A DNA stretch of 64,000 bases from a virus (Duplodnaviria > Caudoviricetes). The notes under the pieces are model-generated. The model did not search any database. It saw only the letters and a list, made by a program, of their open reading frames with translations, and was not told the origin of the DNA. A program made the position numbers and the translations under genes. Numbering within the stretch: the stretch's first letter is position 1; each line of letters opens with the position of its first letter. The stretch is from the IMG/VR virus record IMGVR_UViG_3300037400_006508, positions 64,001 through 128,000 of that record. One strand, 5' to 3'. Positions 8,805 through 18,985 of this stretch are shown in pieces.

Positions 8805-10862
8805 ATGCCACAGGAACTTGGAAACATACTTCTTAACACAACGATCCTCAACAAGGTCGAGGTATCGGGCGTAATCGCAGACACCATAAACAAGGTCGAA
8901 AACCTCGTTGCGGAGGCCGTGTCGACCGCATGGAAGGCCGGAGGGTCGCAGCCGGCGTCCGCTTTTAGCAGCAATACGCTGTTGACGGAGGCTAACGAGG
9001 GCAAGGTGTACAACCTGTCCGACGCCCTTACGATAACGGACCAGAACAAGCAGTACTTCACCGAGAACGCGGCGGGAACCTACCCGGCCGGCACGAACGT
9101 GGCCGTCATCCAGACCACGCCTCCGGTGTACGCGGCCGCATCCGGTACCGCCGTATCCGGTACGAAGTATTATTCTAAGATGGGAAATTTCTACACGGAG
9201 GTTCCGGTACCCGCCGGGGAATCCGTGGAGGGATTGTATATACGTACCTCGCAGCCCGTGTACAAGTACGACGTTCTTGCCGGTACCGACGCCGCCAACG
9301 TCAAGCAGATAAACGTAGGCAGTTCCGCGTATCCGTATTATCCGCAGAACGGCGTTATAACGATACCGATCGCCAGCGGAGTGGAGGGCAGCACCAAGGT
9401 CGACGGGTTCATGTCTTCCGGCCAGGCGACAAAGCTCGATGAAATCGAATCTGGAGCCAACGTAGGTTTTAACGATATATTTACGGACAGTTCATCCGAC
9501 GTCGTTGCGTCCAGTGACGATACCGCGATGGCTATCAGCGGAGAAGGCGGAATCTATACATACAGTGGATCTTCGAATCATTCGCTTCCAACAGTCGTAA
9601 TAAAGGCCAAGGAAGCGACGGAATCGTCTCCTGGCGTAGTAACGCTAGCATCGTCAAACACGTATGAGTGGTCAACCAGCGCAGCGGGCGTTGCAACAGC
9701 GTCCGATGTTGTTTACTATGTTGAGAACTATGTTAGCGACTATAATAATAGTCTTGGAAGGTTTGACGAGCTTACAGTAAACTATGCGGATCCAAACCAC
9801 CCGGGGCAGACTACTTCAAGCTCCCTTTCCACCAGCGGTGGAAACACGCTTGCGGTAACACTTGGTGAAAATATGACGGCAAGCAACTTCTATGACGGTC
9901 ATGACGATACCGACAGACTCGTCACCATAGACGCCATTGTACCGGTCAAGAAGGTCAAGGTCGCCGGATCCGCCAACAGCATTTCACCCGACGCAAGCGG
10001 AAGGGTCACAATCCCGTCGGGAACAACGTCAGCCAGGGGCGTTGTCAAGCTGTACACAAGCGCGTATGGAAGCAATACCGACGGTGCCGTGACGCAGAAG
10101 GCCGTATCGGGCGCGATAAAAGGGCTTAGGAATTTTTCCAAAATTACCGTATTTTCCGATCCGAACGGCGACACTTACAGCTCTGGAGATTTGATTCCAG
10201 ATTCAAATGCATCTCAGCTTAACGTTACTCTTGACAGACCGCTTACCGTATCGAGCCTGTCAAGCTATGAGGTTGTTATTGGCGTCGTTAACGCGACATC
10301 GTCGGCTCCTGGCGCCATGAAGCTGTATCCTTCGGCAAACGGAACGAACAAGGACGGAGCCGTGACGCAGAGCGGAGTGAAGGCGATAGCGGATTCGGTA
10401 ACGGCGCTGCGCAACTACAGCCAGATCACAGCGAAGTATCAAAAATGGAACTCAGGTGGAACAGCCGTGGAATGGGTTTCTGGTTCCATAACTCCGGTAA
10501 CAAACTCGTCCACTATTGCCGTATACGGTGTTGAGTCGGTACAGGTGTCTTCCAGTTCTAATACCGCCATAGCCATTTCTGTCGCAAGACCGGATAGCGA
10601 ACACGGTTGGCCTGGCGTTGTGACGCTGGAAGACGCCGTAGAGTCTAGTTCAGGTGCAAACAAAGGCATTGCGGCATCGCCGTTGATGGTTACAAACTCC
10701 ACGGCCACCCGTGTAAAGAAGAGCATCACGCTCTCTGGACTCCGCCAGGTGTCGAACGACACGCAGACCCCGATTCCCGCGTCGATCAACTCCACCGACA
10801 TACCGAACACGCTCTACGGACTCATCAAGGCGCTCAAGTTCGCCGCCAACCACGCGAGCTAA
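8805..10862 (+). CDS. Tail fibre protein, Ser/Thr-rich
   Basis: Repeated fibre motifs ATESSPGVVTL, GTTSARGVVKL..GAVTQ, ATSSAPGAMKL..GAVTQ and PGVVTL..AASP. Confidence 0.75.
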   Translation: MPQELGNILLNTTILNKVEVSGVIADTINKVENLVAEAVSTAWKAGGSQPASAFSSNTLLTEANEGKVYNLSDALTITDQNKQYFTENAAGTYPAGTNVAVIQTTPPVYAAASGTAVSGTKYYSKMGNFYTEVPVPAGESVEGLYIRTSQPVYKYDVLAGTDAANVKQINVGSSAYPYYPQNGVITIPIASGVEGSTKVDGFMSSGQATKLDEIESGANVGFNDIFTDSSSDVVASSDDTAMAISGEGGIYTYSGSSNHSLPTVVIKAKEATESSPGVVTLASSNTYEWSTSAAGVATASDVVYYVENYVSDYNNSLGRFDELTVNYADPNHPGQTTSSSLSTSGGNTLAVTLGENMTASNFYDGHDDTDRLVTIDAIVPVKKVKVAGSANSISPDASGRVTIPSGTTSARGVVKLYTSAYGSNTDGAVTQKAVSGAIKGLRNFSKITVFSDPNGDTYSSGDLIPDSNASQLNVTLDRPLTVSSLSSYEVVIGVVNATSSAPGAMKLYPSANGTNKDGAVTQSGVKAIADSVTALRNYSQITAKYQKWNSGGTAVEWVSGSITPVTNSSTIAVYGVESVQVSSSSNTAIAISVARPDSEHGWPGVVTLEDAVESSSGANKGIAASPLMVTNSTATRVKKSITLSGLRQVSNDTQTPIPASINSTDIPNTLYGLIKALKFAANHAS

Positions 10863-10885
10863 CGACACAACCAAAGGAAACGACC

Positions 10886-12307
10886 GTGGACATCCACGAA
10901 ATCTTCGAGAACGCGTACGTCGTGACGAACGGCGGCGAAAGGCTGGAGCAGTTCAAGTCCGTCTTCAAGGCGGCCGGGCTGCCCGAATGCAAGGAGTGGA
11001 GGGCCTGCATGATAAAGGGCGAGGGCCAGATGGGCAATTCCGTCTCGCAGTACTCGCTCGTAAGGCACGCCAAGGAGGCGAATCTTCCGTTCCTTGTCGT
11101 TTTCGAGGATGACGCGGTACCGTCGGACGATGCGGAGAAGGAGATCGTTTCCGCGTTCGAGAACAGGAAGGACGACTGCCTGTGCCTGACCCTTGGGTGG
11201 AGCTACGACTCAGACCCGGACGCTGGCGAGGACAAGTCCAAGCATAGGCGCGTGTACGGTTCCCACGCCTATGCACTGTTCGGGGAGAAGGCGTACGACG
11301 CATACGTTTCGCAGTGGCAGGAAAACGGTAGGGCGGATGTCGTCATATCGAAGATGGCCGGCGCGACCATGAATGGCAAGAACCTGTTCGCGCAGCATTC
11401 GGTCGGGGAGACGATACACCTTCCCCACGGATGGACGATCGATTCTGAGATGGAGCGCATGGTTGACAGGGAGGCCGGAGACAGGTTTTCGAAGGCAAGA
11501 GCCGCCGTTGATGCGGCAAAGGCCAAGGATACCATACACGTCGCGTACACGATCGACATCCAGGGCAAGGGCGCCCAGCAGTTCAACGACCAGCTGTACG
11601 TTTCCGCCAGGTCGCTCAAGCTGTCGAAGGCGAAGGATGACGACATCGTCGTCCATGTCATGTACAACGAGATCTCCGTCGACATGATGGAGCGTCTGCA
11701 CGCGCTGGAGTCCGACGGATTCAAGGTGGTGGGAAGGAAGCTTGCAAGGACGGACATGGACTACTGGCAGCAGTTCTCCAAGTACGACCCGGAGTCGCCG
11801 CAGAGGTCGTGGGGCGGCATTGTATATGCAAGGCTGTGGCTTCCGTTGCTTCTTCCTGACGTGAAGAGGTGCATATACCTGGATTCGGATACTTTGGTAA
11901 GGGCCAGCCTGAAGGATTTTTATTCGTCGGATCTGGAAGGGAAGCCGCTCGGCATGGTCATGGGCAGCATAGCCGAGTATGGGTACAATTCCGGTGTCAT
12001 GTTGATGGACCTGGAGGCCATGAGGTCGGATGGATCCGTCTACGGCAAGCTGGAGAAGTTCATGGCCGAGAACGCCAGGAAGTTCTATTGCCCCGACCAG
12101 ACCGTGATCAACAAGTTCTTCGAGGGCAGGATCAAGGAGTTCGGGCAGGAGTGGAACTACCCTCCGAACCAGGGCGTCGTGGACCAGTTCATGCCGAAGG
12201 CGAAGGTTCTTCATTTCTACAACGGCACGCAGAAGCCATACAATCTGTACGCGGACGACTTCGGCCGGTGCCTTGACGAATGGAACAGGATACTTCTGGG
12301 GAGGTAG
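10886..12307 (+). CDS. Two-domain glycosyltransferase (GT25-like N-domain + GT8 C-domain)
   Basis: N-domain LVVFEDDA and GSHAYAL; C-domain YARLWLPLLLP..CIYLDSDTLV, YNSGVMLMDL, DQTVIN, LHFYNG.KP. Confidence 0.85.
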   Translation: MDIHEIFENAYVVTNGGERLEQFKSVFKAAGLPECKEWRACMIKGEGQMGNSVSQYSLVRHAKEANLPFLVVFEDDAVPSDDAEKEIVSAFENRKDDCLCLTLGWSYDSDPDAGEDKSKHRRVYGSHAYALFGEKAYDAYVSQWQENGRADVVISKMAGATMNGKNLFAQHSVGETIHLPHGWTIDSEMERMVDREAGDRFSKARAAVDAAKAKDTIHVAYTIDIQGKGAQQFNDQLYVSARSLKLSKAKDDDIVVHVMYNEISVDMMERLHALESDGFKVVGRKLARTDMDYWQQFSKYDPESPQRSWGGIVYARLWLPLLLPDVKRCIYLDSDTLVRASLKDFYSSDLEGKPLGMVMGSIAEYGYNSGVMLMDLEAMRSDGSVYGKLEKFMAENARKFYCPDQTVINKFFEGRIKEFGQEWNYPPNQGVVDQFMPKAKVLHFYNGTQKPYNLYADDFGRCLDEWNRILLGR

Positions 12308-12308
12308 G

Positions 12309-12689
12309 ATGTCCAAGGAATACGCCGCATTTCAGCTCGACGAGCTCGTGCCGGAGGTATCCGACACGAGGTACACGATCTCCACACCGACGCAGACCAC
12401 ATCCGGTACTACCGTGTCGTTGACGTTGAACGACAAGTCGATCAACCAGGTGTCGCTGGCGCCAACCGTCACAGGTGTCACTGTTTCTTTCCCCGCGAAA
12501 GTTCCAGGTTACGCCAGGGACTTCTTCGTAAGGCTCGTGATCACCGGCACAACGGTTCCGGCCATCACGTGGCAGGAGGCCAACGGGGATCCGATCGACT
12601 TCGACGTGGACGACGACTCCTGGGCCGATATAGAGCAGGGCGTCAACATCCTGATGTTCACGGAGACGAGCCAGGCCGCACAGGCTTGA
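12309..12689 (+). CDS. Small beta-rich tail-fibre-associated protein
   Basis: ATG at 12309; Thr/Val-rich beta-strand pattern; lies in the fibre module. Confidence 0.6.
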   Translation: MSKEYAAFQLDELVPEVSDTRYTISTPTQTTSGTTVSLTLNDKSINQVSLAPTVTGVTVSFPAKVPGYARDFFVRLVITGTTVPAITWQEANGDPIDFDVDDDSWADIEQGVNILMFTETSQAAQA

Positions 12690-12699
12690 GGGGTGCACT

Positions 12700-15600
12700 A
12701 TGTATCCGATTCCGGCAAACGCGGCGCGTATCCAGTACCTCGAAAGTACCGGTACGCAGTACGTGGACACTGGGGTAGTTCCAACAATCAACACGAAGTT
12801 TGTTTATGACATGCGACTTACCGATGTTGAGAACACCAGCTATTTTGGATCTTTTAGTGCCAACAACAGATTCCAGCTGACTAACACATTAAGTAACTCT
12901 AGGACGGTTTTTCGTTTTGCGTGTGGTATTTCTTCAGATTCGGCCATAGATACTAATATCGCTGCCGACACGGATCGACATCTGTTCAGCATCGATCTAG
13001 GCGGAGGAAGCTGTGTTGTTTCTGTGGATGATTCAACCTTTACCAGAACAATAGGGACATCTTTAGTAGATGGCTACTCCGTTTATCTTCTTTCAAGACA
13101 CAATGTGAATGGCGCTTCTGCTTCGAAAGGCGCCCTGTATGCAGCCAAGCACTACGAGAACGGTATTTTGTGCCATGACTGGGTCCCAGTCCGTGTCGGA
13201 ACGGTTGGATATTTGTTCGACCGCATGAGCGGCCAGTTGTTCGGCAACCAGGGGACGGGAGACCCGTTCGTCCTCGGTCCGGACGACTTCTCGATCTTCT
13301 CGCATTCCGTGAAGCACGTCGAGGTTGTGAGCAGCAGGCCGTATGACGCCGAGGTGGAGTACATCGAGTCAACGGGAACACAGTACATTGATACGGGATT
13401 TGATTTTGCATCCAGTCATGATTTCACAATTTCATTATATTTTGACCTACTTAAGCGGAGGGATCCAAGTGAAAACAACTATCTTTTTTCTTGCATCGAT
13501 AGTTCAGCATGGTTATCATGTGAGATAGATCGGTCTTCTCCGTATCGGGCCTATGCAAACGTAGGAACAAAAACGCTTATATACTGTGGGCCATCCCCAT
13601 ATCCATTTAATTCATGGGATATCTTCACCTTTTCAGTAAATGTGAATTCGCAGCAATATACAATTGCTGGTGGTAATTGGTCAACGAGCGGAACGTACAC
13701 GGGTACTTTACCCAGTGGTCGTATCAATTTGCTTACGGGTCGAAATTTGGCGTCAACCGGATCAAGGCCATTTGTTAGGATCGGCTATGTTAAAATTTGG
13801 GACAATGGCACCCTCGTCCGTGACTTTGTTCCAGTCCGTGTGGGCACCGAATACTGCCTCTATGACAAAGCCAATCCGACAAGTGGGGACAATGGGGATG
13901 GGCTTTACCACAACAAGGGCACCGGCGCATTCCTCGGAGGCTCGGACACTGGTCCGAGCATAGTGCTGGCGGGCAGGGTCTTGGGCGACTCATCCGGTAC
14001 CGTGAAGGCCGTGCGCAAGCACTACGACATGCCGGTGCAGTACACGATCGACGAGTGCAACGGCAACGCGCCTACTGCCGTCAACGTGTATTTTCCTTCA
14101 GGAAAGTACAGTGCGCTGAACTACACGCCTACGTGGGAACACCATAGGTTCGTGGGATGGTATACATCCAGGTATGCTCCGCTGGAGTATGTGTACAAAG
14201 CAGCAGAAGCTGATGCCTACGTAGATTCCGGCATTGCAGCCGAAAACAAAGGAACATGGGAAACGGATATACGGTTTTCAACTTCCGGAAATTGCAGATA
14301 CATAGGTGTTGGGACTTCTGGGTCAACGGCAAAGATATCGGCAGGTCTACAGTCGCCGTCATCGACTACAATGATACCTTCGTGCTACGAAACGTGGAAC
14401 GATTCTCCGCTAACGACAATAGACACGACTACAAGACATTTTTTGAGATATGTGTTTCAACCCGGCAATCAGCAATTTTATTGCGACGGCGTTTTGCACA
14501 TGTCGTCAACTAAAACGTCTGTCACTGTTCCTAATTGCAATATAGGCATATTTGAATGCGTAAACCAAGATGGCACAAGACACACATATCATAAATCAAG
14601 AGCCGTGTATTTGTATGAGTGCAAGCTGTATAACAGCAGTGGAGTTCTTGTAAGGCATTTTCTGCCGGTCAGCGATTACTCTGGTGACGCTGCTCTTTAC
14701 GATCTCGTGTCCAATCAGCTGTTTTACTCGCAAACAAGTACGAAACTGGAAGCGGGGTCTGCTGAAACTGAGACGGCGGTGTCTCCATCCGATGCTGTAG
14801 TCTTCGATCGATCGACAGTGTACGCCAGATGGCAGCTTCCGACAACGGTGACCTTCGACGCCACGACCAATGGCGGCCAGATGCCGTCCGGCTGGGTGTC
14901 GCCGGATTACTACGAAGGGCAGCCGTATGGCATACTTCCGACACCAACCAAGTCAGGCGAGGTGTTCCTCGGGTGGTTTACTTCGGGCGGAACCAGGGTT
15001 ACAACGTCCAGCGTTGTTTCTGCCGGCACATTGACCGCACGGTACGCCGCAGTGACATACGACACATCGTTCCAGGTCACCACTACGTCGTCCTACCGCA
15101 AGACCGGAATCTATTCCGCCAACCGATATTCTTCCTCCGACCCGATTGTGGTTGACTGGGGAGATGGAACAACCGATGTTGTTTATGGCAACATCAGCCA
15201 GCTTGCGCACACCTATTCTGGCGCTTCTACATACACGGTCAAAATTTCCGACAACATTAGCACCTTCTGCCCATCATACAGCAACACCACATGGTATCAA
15301 ACGACATCGCAGAATCAGTATACCTTCAAGAAAGTGTTGACCCTCTCATCGAAGGTGACACAGCTGTCGTCATATGCGTTTTACTACTGCTCAGCCATGA
15401 CGGATGCGATCATCCCAAGCAAGGCGACCTCAATACCGACTTCTTGTTTCTATTATTGCTCACAGTTGAAGAGCTCCTCTGTGCAGCTTCCAAGCACGGT
15501 GACAAGCATTGGAAGTTACGCCTTCTACTATTGCAGAGGCAGTTCCTTTATCTCGATAATGATACCGGCGTCGGTGACTAGCATCGGGTCTTACGCTTTC

Positions 15601-16776
15601 GCGAACGACAATTACTTGAGAAATATAACCTTTGAGACGTCGAGTAGCACACTCACACTTAACACGTATGCCTTCAGTGCGTGCTTTTATAGTGGATCGA
15701 CGGCAGCCTCGATCGACCTTTCGCCGAGGAAGATTACTTCTATACCAAACTACTGCTTTAACAATTGCAGGTATTTGAAGGGCATAGTATGGCCTCAAGG
15801 ATTGACCAGTATTGGAGGATCTGCGTTCCGGTACTGCTTCTACTATACTGCTAGCACAGGCACTGTGGAAATCCCAGAGGGTGTTACGAACATCTCTGGC
15901 ACCTATGCGTTCGCCAACTGCCTATACTTGACCGCTGTGACATTGCCAAGCACATTGACCAACCTCAACAACTACACCTTCTATTATTGCACGAGGCTGG
16001 CGACCATCACTTCCAACAGGTCAACGGCTCCCACGGTGTCCTCCGCCACATTCGGCAACAGTTCAACTTACTATACGGGCAGGACATACTACTCGACGGG
16101 AAAGAACAGCCTATATGTGCCAGCAGGAGCAACCGGGTACAATGCATCTTACTGGTCGAGCGTTTTGTGCAACAGCTCCATGTGCGGATTTACTCTTATC
16201 GAGAATTCCATACAGGAGGTAGAATATATCACGCTTACGACAGCGCCTTCCGGAACAATGAGCACGAATGACGGAAACATTCTTCCGATCGACGTCGTTC
16301 CGGGCACTTCTACAGAGCTGGAGATAGACTGGGTTGTGAACAACTCTACAGGAAACATACTGTTTGGAATCTCGTCGTCCAGCGATTCTGCGGATTTCCG
16401 CATATTCTCAACCAACTCTAATTATTACTATGATAGGGGGTCCGGGAGGCTGAGTCCGTCGTATACCACGTTTGGAGTCGGGCTGGGTACGAGGTTCAAG
16501 ATAAAGGCCGGCAACTATTATCTTCAGAACGTGACGGGAGGATATACTGCAACAGGAACAAGTGCGGCGTATACACCGCAGTCTCCACAGTGTCTTGGAT
16601 TCTGGGGGTACACGACGATATACTCCTGCAAGGTGTGGGACGGTAATACGCTTGTCCGTAGTCTTACGCCGGCCAGAATAGGGCAGAACGGAGGATTGTA
16701 CGACTCCGTTTCAGGCAGATTCTTCAGGGTGATCGGTAATGGCGCGTACACGCTTGGATCCGATGTGACGCAGTAG
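12700..16776 (+). CDS. Multidomain adhesin / receptor-binding protein: four lectin/LamG-like repeats, InlB B-repeat-like, PKD-like and BspA-type LRR domains
   Basis: Repeats Y(L/I)ESTGTQY(V/I)DTG...LVRDFVPVR..LYD; TVTFDA..YGILPTPTKSGEVFLGWF; VDWGDGTT..HTYS; LPSTVTSIGSYAFYYC-type LRRs. Confidence 0.8.
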   Translation: MYPIPANAARIQYLESTGTQYVDTGVVPTINTKFVYDMRLTDVENTSYFGSFSANNRFQLTNTLSNSRTVFRFACGISSDSAIDTNIAADTDRHLFSIDLGGGSCVVSVDDSTFTRTIGTSLVDGYSVYLLSRHNVNGASASKGALYAAKHYENGILCHDWVPVRVGTVGYLFDRMSGQLFGNQGTGDPFVLGPDDFSIFSHSVKHVEVVSSRPYDAEVEYIESTGTQYIDTGFDFASSHDFTISLYFDLLKRRDPSENNYLFSCIDSSAWLSCEIDRSSPYRAYANVGTKTLIYCGPSPYPFNSWDIFTFSVNVNSQQYTIAGGNWSTSGTYTGTLPSGRINLLTGRNLASTGSRPFVRIGYVKIWDNGTLVRDFVPVRVGTEYCLYDKANPTSGDNGDGLYHNKGTGAFLGGSDTGPSIVLAGRVLGDSSGTVKAVRKHYDMPVQYTIDECNGNAPTAVNVYFPSGKYSALNYTPTWEHHRFVGWYTSRYAPLEYVYKAAEADAYVDSGIAAENKGTWETDIRFSTSGNCRYIGVGTSGSTAKISAGLQSPSSTTMIPSCYETWNDSPLTTIDTTTRHFLRYVFQPGNQQFYCDGVLHMSSTKTSVTVPNCNIGIFECVNQDGTRHTYHKSRAVYLYECKLYNSSGVLVRHFLPVSDYSGDAALYDLVSNQLFYSQTSTKLEAGSAETETAVSPSDAVVFDRSTVYARWQLPTTVTFDATTNGGQMPSGWVSPDYYEGQPYGILPTPTKSGEVFLGWFTSGGTRVTTSSVVSAGTLTARYAAVTYDTSFQVTTTSSYRKTGIYSANRYSSSDPIVVDWGDGTTDVVYGNISQLAHTYSGASTYTVKISDNISTFCPSYSNTTWYQTTSQNQYTFKKVLTLSSKVTQLSSYAFYYCSAMTDAIIPSKATSIPTSCFYYCSQLKSSSVQLPSTVTSIGSYAFYYCRGSSFISIMIPASVTSIGSYAFANDNYLRNITFETSSSTLTLNTYAFSACFYSGSTAASIDLSPRKITSIPNYCFNNCRYLKGIVWPQGLTSIGGSAFRYCFYYTASTGTVEIPEGVTNISGTYAFANCLYLTAVTLPSTLTNLNNYTFYYCTRLATITSNRSTAPTVSSATFGNSSTYYTGRTYYSTGKNSLYVPAGATGYNASYWSSVLCNSSMCGFTLIENSIQEVEYITLTTAPSGTMSTNDGNILPIDVVPGTSTELEIDWVVNNSTGNILFGISSSSDSADFRIFSTNSNYYYDRGSGRLSPSYTTFGVGLGTRFKIKAGNYYLQNVTGGYTATGTSAAYTPQSPQCLGFWGYTTIYSCKVWDGNTLVRSLTPARIGQNGGLYDSVSGRFFRVIGNGAYTLGSDVTQ

Positions 16777-16780
16777 ACGC

Positions 16781-18004
16781 ATGATTTCAGCAGCACACCA
16801 CACGTTGATGGGTCCTGATACGGGGATAAAGCTGCCGTACGACTGGTCGTACGACACGGTTATGGATCAGAGGGACGCGCTGGCCGCGAAGGTAACGAGA
16901 AATTCGACTCCAACGGTGACGGACACGTACATCGATCTTTCGGCTCTTGGAGTAGCTCAGGTCTTGCATCATCCTGTCCCATTGATTGACTACCCTGGAA
17001 AGGTTGGGATGGCGTTCAGATTCAGCGACGAGCCTGCTGTGTCTGAGTATTGTATCGTAGATCCAGAAGTTGGAACGGTTACACGAACGGGCGCAAAGAT
17101 GACTATTACGTCGAGCAACGTAAATACTCGTTTGTGTCTTGACAGATACGGAAAAATGTGTGGTGTCGTCAGATATGATGGTGGTGTCTACTCTTTTGGA
17201 CAGGACGGCAGCAATTGCACGAAGCACGGCACATGCGAGGCGTTTCCGACAAACAGAGGCTTCAGACTTGTACAGATACCTGAGGGCGGATTCATAGCGT
17301 ACGGTGAAGAGTCGACGACTAGGCACATGTACAAGATAGATGACAATTACAACCCGTCTCTCGCGTACACATGGGATCAGACGTCGTACTATCCGTACAG
17401 CGCAATTTTCATGCCGGATTATCTTGTGATCACAATTACGCTGGGTACGATACAGCGGTTCAAGAGAGACTTGTCCAGCGGTACCAGACTTTCTACGGTA
17501 ACGTATGGGTCGTATATTTCTCTTGCCGGCATGACAATGTGTCCGCTGACCAGGGGTGATATATTCTTTGGCATGTCTGGGAACAAGTATAGCAGCAAGA
17601 AGCTTGTAGGATACAAGGTGGGCACGAATGCGGCTGTTCTGTCCACAACGCTTGCGTCGAGCAACGGTACCGGAGAAAACACCGGGTGTTTTCTTCCGAC
17701 TGGAGAATTTTTCAGCCATGTTCAGTATGACGGCAACAATACGGCGCCAGTGAAAGGAAATCAATGGTATTTGTATAATTATGAAACTGACACGTTTACT
17801 AATGTTGGAGGAACACATGACGGAACTACTGCAGTCGGGTGGAGGGTCTGCATGCTTCCGACGGGGAAATGTCTTTCGTACAGGAACAATATAGGCAACG
17901 ACGGGAAGATCTATTTCAAGTTCCACGATTGGGGATTTAAGAAAAAGGACATACCGGCTAATTTGATAAGTGGCCCTTTCGGATTCAACAACACATGCTG
18001 TTAG
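16781..18004 (+). CDS. Beta-rich (possibly beta-propeller) tail-associated protein
   Basis: 407 aa, AT-richer, with repeated (L/M)PTG(E/K) and Y/G-rich strands; lies in the fibre module. Confidence 0.5.
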   Translation: MISAAHHTLMGPDTGIKLPYDWSYDTVMDQRDALAAKVTRNSTPTVTDTYIDLSALGVAQVLHHPVPLIDYPGKVGMAFRFSDEPAVSEYCIVDPEVGTVTRTGAKMTITSSNVNTRLCLDRYGKMCGVVRYDGGVYSFGQDGSNCTKHGTCEAFPTNRGFRLVQIPEGGFIAYGEESTTRHMYKIDDNYNPSLAYTWDQTSYYPYSAIFMPDYLVITITLGTIQRFKRDLSSGTRLSTVTYGSYISLAGMTMCPLTRGDIFFGMSGNKYSSKKLVGYKVGTNAAVLSTTLASSNGTGENTGCFLPTGEFFSHVQYDGNNTAPVKGNQWYLYNYETDTFTNVGGTHDGTTAVGWRVCMLPTGKCLSYRNNIGNDGKIYFKFHDWGFKKKDIPANLISGPFGFNNTCC

Positions 18005-18013
18005 GAGAAAAAC

Positions 18014-18517
18014 ATGTACGCGAAATACATCTCTGAAACAACGATCAATACGACGATCCCGAAATCTGGGCATGACGCGCAGGGACGCCTCGTGACCGGA
18101 GATCTGACGAACAGGCCGGACGTCCTGGCCCTGCTCAACTACTTTCCGGTGGTTGAGCAGGAGATGCCGTCCGAACCGATCGAAGGGTACCACTACGAGA
18201 AGCGGTACGCCCCTCCGGACAGCAACGACGGGATCGTACAATTCTGGGTTTCCGTCGAGGATCCTCCGCCCCCTCCGGAGCCGGTCAAGGTGTATTCCAA
18301 GCTCAAGATCCTGATGGCTGCTGACCAGGCCGGGATCATAGATCCGCTTATGGACCTTATCGAGTCGGACAGGAAGCTAAAGTACATCTGGGACGCGTCG
18401 AACACGATCGAGGACAACGCCCTTCTTTCCGCATACATCCCGAACATCGCCCAGGCGCTTGCAAAAACGGAGCAGGAGGTGTATGCTTTTCTCGACAACT
18501 ACTGCATTGCAGACTAG
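18014..18517 (+). CDS. Hypothetical protein, possibly a tail-fibre assembly/chaperone
   Basis: Follows the fibre genes; RBS AGGAG; PPPPEP linker. Confidence 0.55.
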   Translation: MYAKYISETTINTTIPKSGHDAQGRLVTGDLTNRPDVLALLNYFPVVEQEMPSEPIEGYHYEKRYAPPDSNDGIVQFWVSVEDPPPPPEPVKVYSKLKILMAADQAGIIDPLMDLIESDRKLKYIWDASNTIEDNALLSAYIPNIAQALAKTEQEVYAFLDNYCIAD

Positions 18518-18526
18518 GAGGACGAC

Positions 18527-18976
18527 ATGAAGAAGTGGTGGAAGAAGATCTGGAAGAAGATCAAGGAATGGCTCGAGGGCGACGAGAAGTTCGACTACCA
18601 GGGCCTGGACTGGTGCTACGGCGGCGAGAGGGCAAAGGGGGCCGTGGAGGACGTGTCCCAGAACGGGTTCAAGCTGAACTCGGTCTCGGCCGACGAGAAG
18701 GGCGTCAGGTTCTCCGGCGAGGGCAGGATGTGGGGGTACACCCACGACCATGCCGACGCACGCAACTGCATATTCTTCCTCGGCGACGACGGCGTCTGGC
18801 ACGGAGGATTCTGGGAATGGGGCTCCGTGGACAGGACCTACCGAGATTTCAACAACATCTACTCCGGGTACAAGGGGTGGAAGGTGCAGCCGTTCCTCAA
18901 GTCGAAGAGATGGCTGTTCTTCGTCATGACAAGGTCCGGGGATAAGAGGACCAACCTGATGTTCATCGACAGGTAG
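18527..18976 (+). CDS. Hypothetical protein with an amphipathic Lys/Trp N-terminal helix
   Basis: MKKWWKKIWKKIKEWL; RBS AGGAGG. Confidence 0.7.
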   Translation: MKKWWKKIWKKIKEWLEGDEKFDYQGLDWCYGGERAKGAVEDVSQNGFKLNSVSADEKGVRFSGEGRMWGYTHDHADARNCIFFLGDDGVWHGGFWEWGSVDRTYRDFNNIYSGYKGWKVQPFLKSKRWLFFVMTRSGDKRTNLMFIDR

Positions 18977-18985
18977 AAGTCCGGC

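Noticed and set aside
12700-18004. Diversity-generating retroelement
   Set aside because: No reverse transcriptase and no template/variable repeat pair differing only at adenines was seen in this window.
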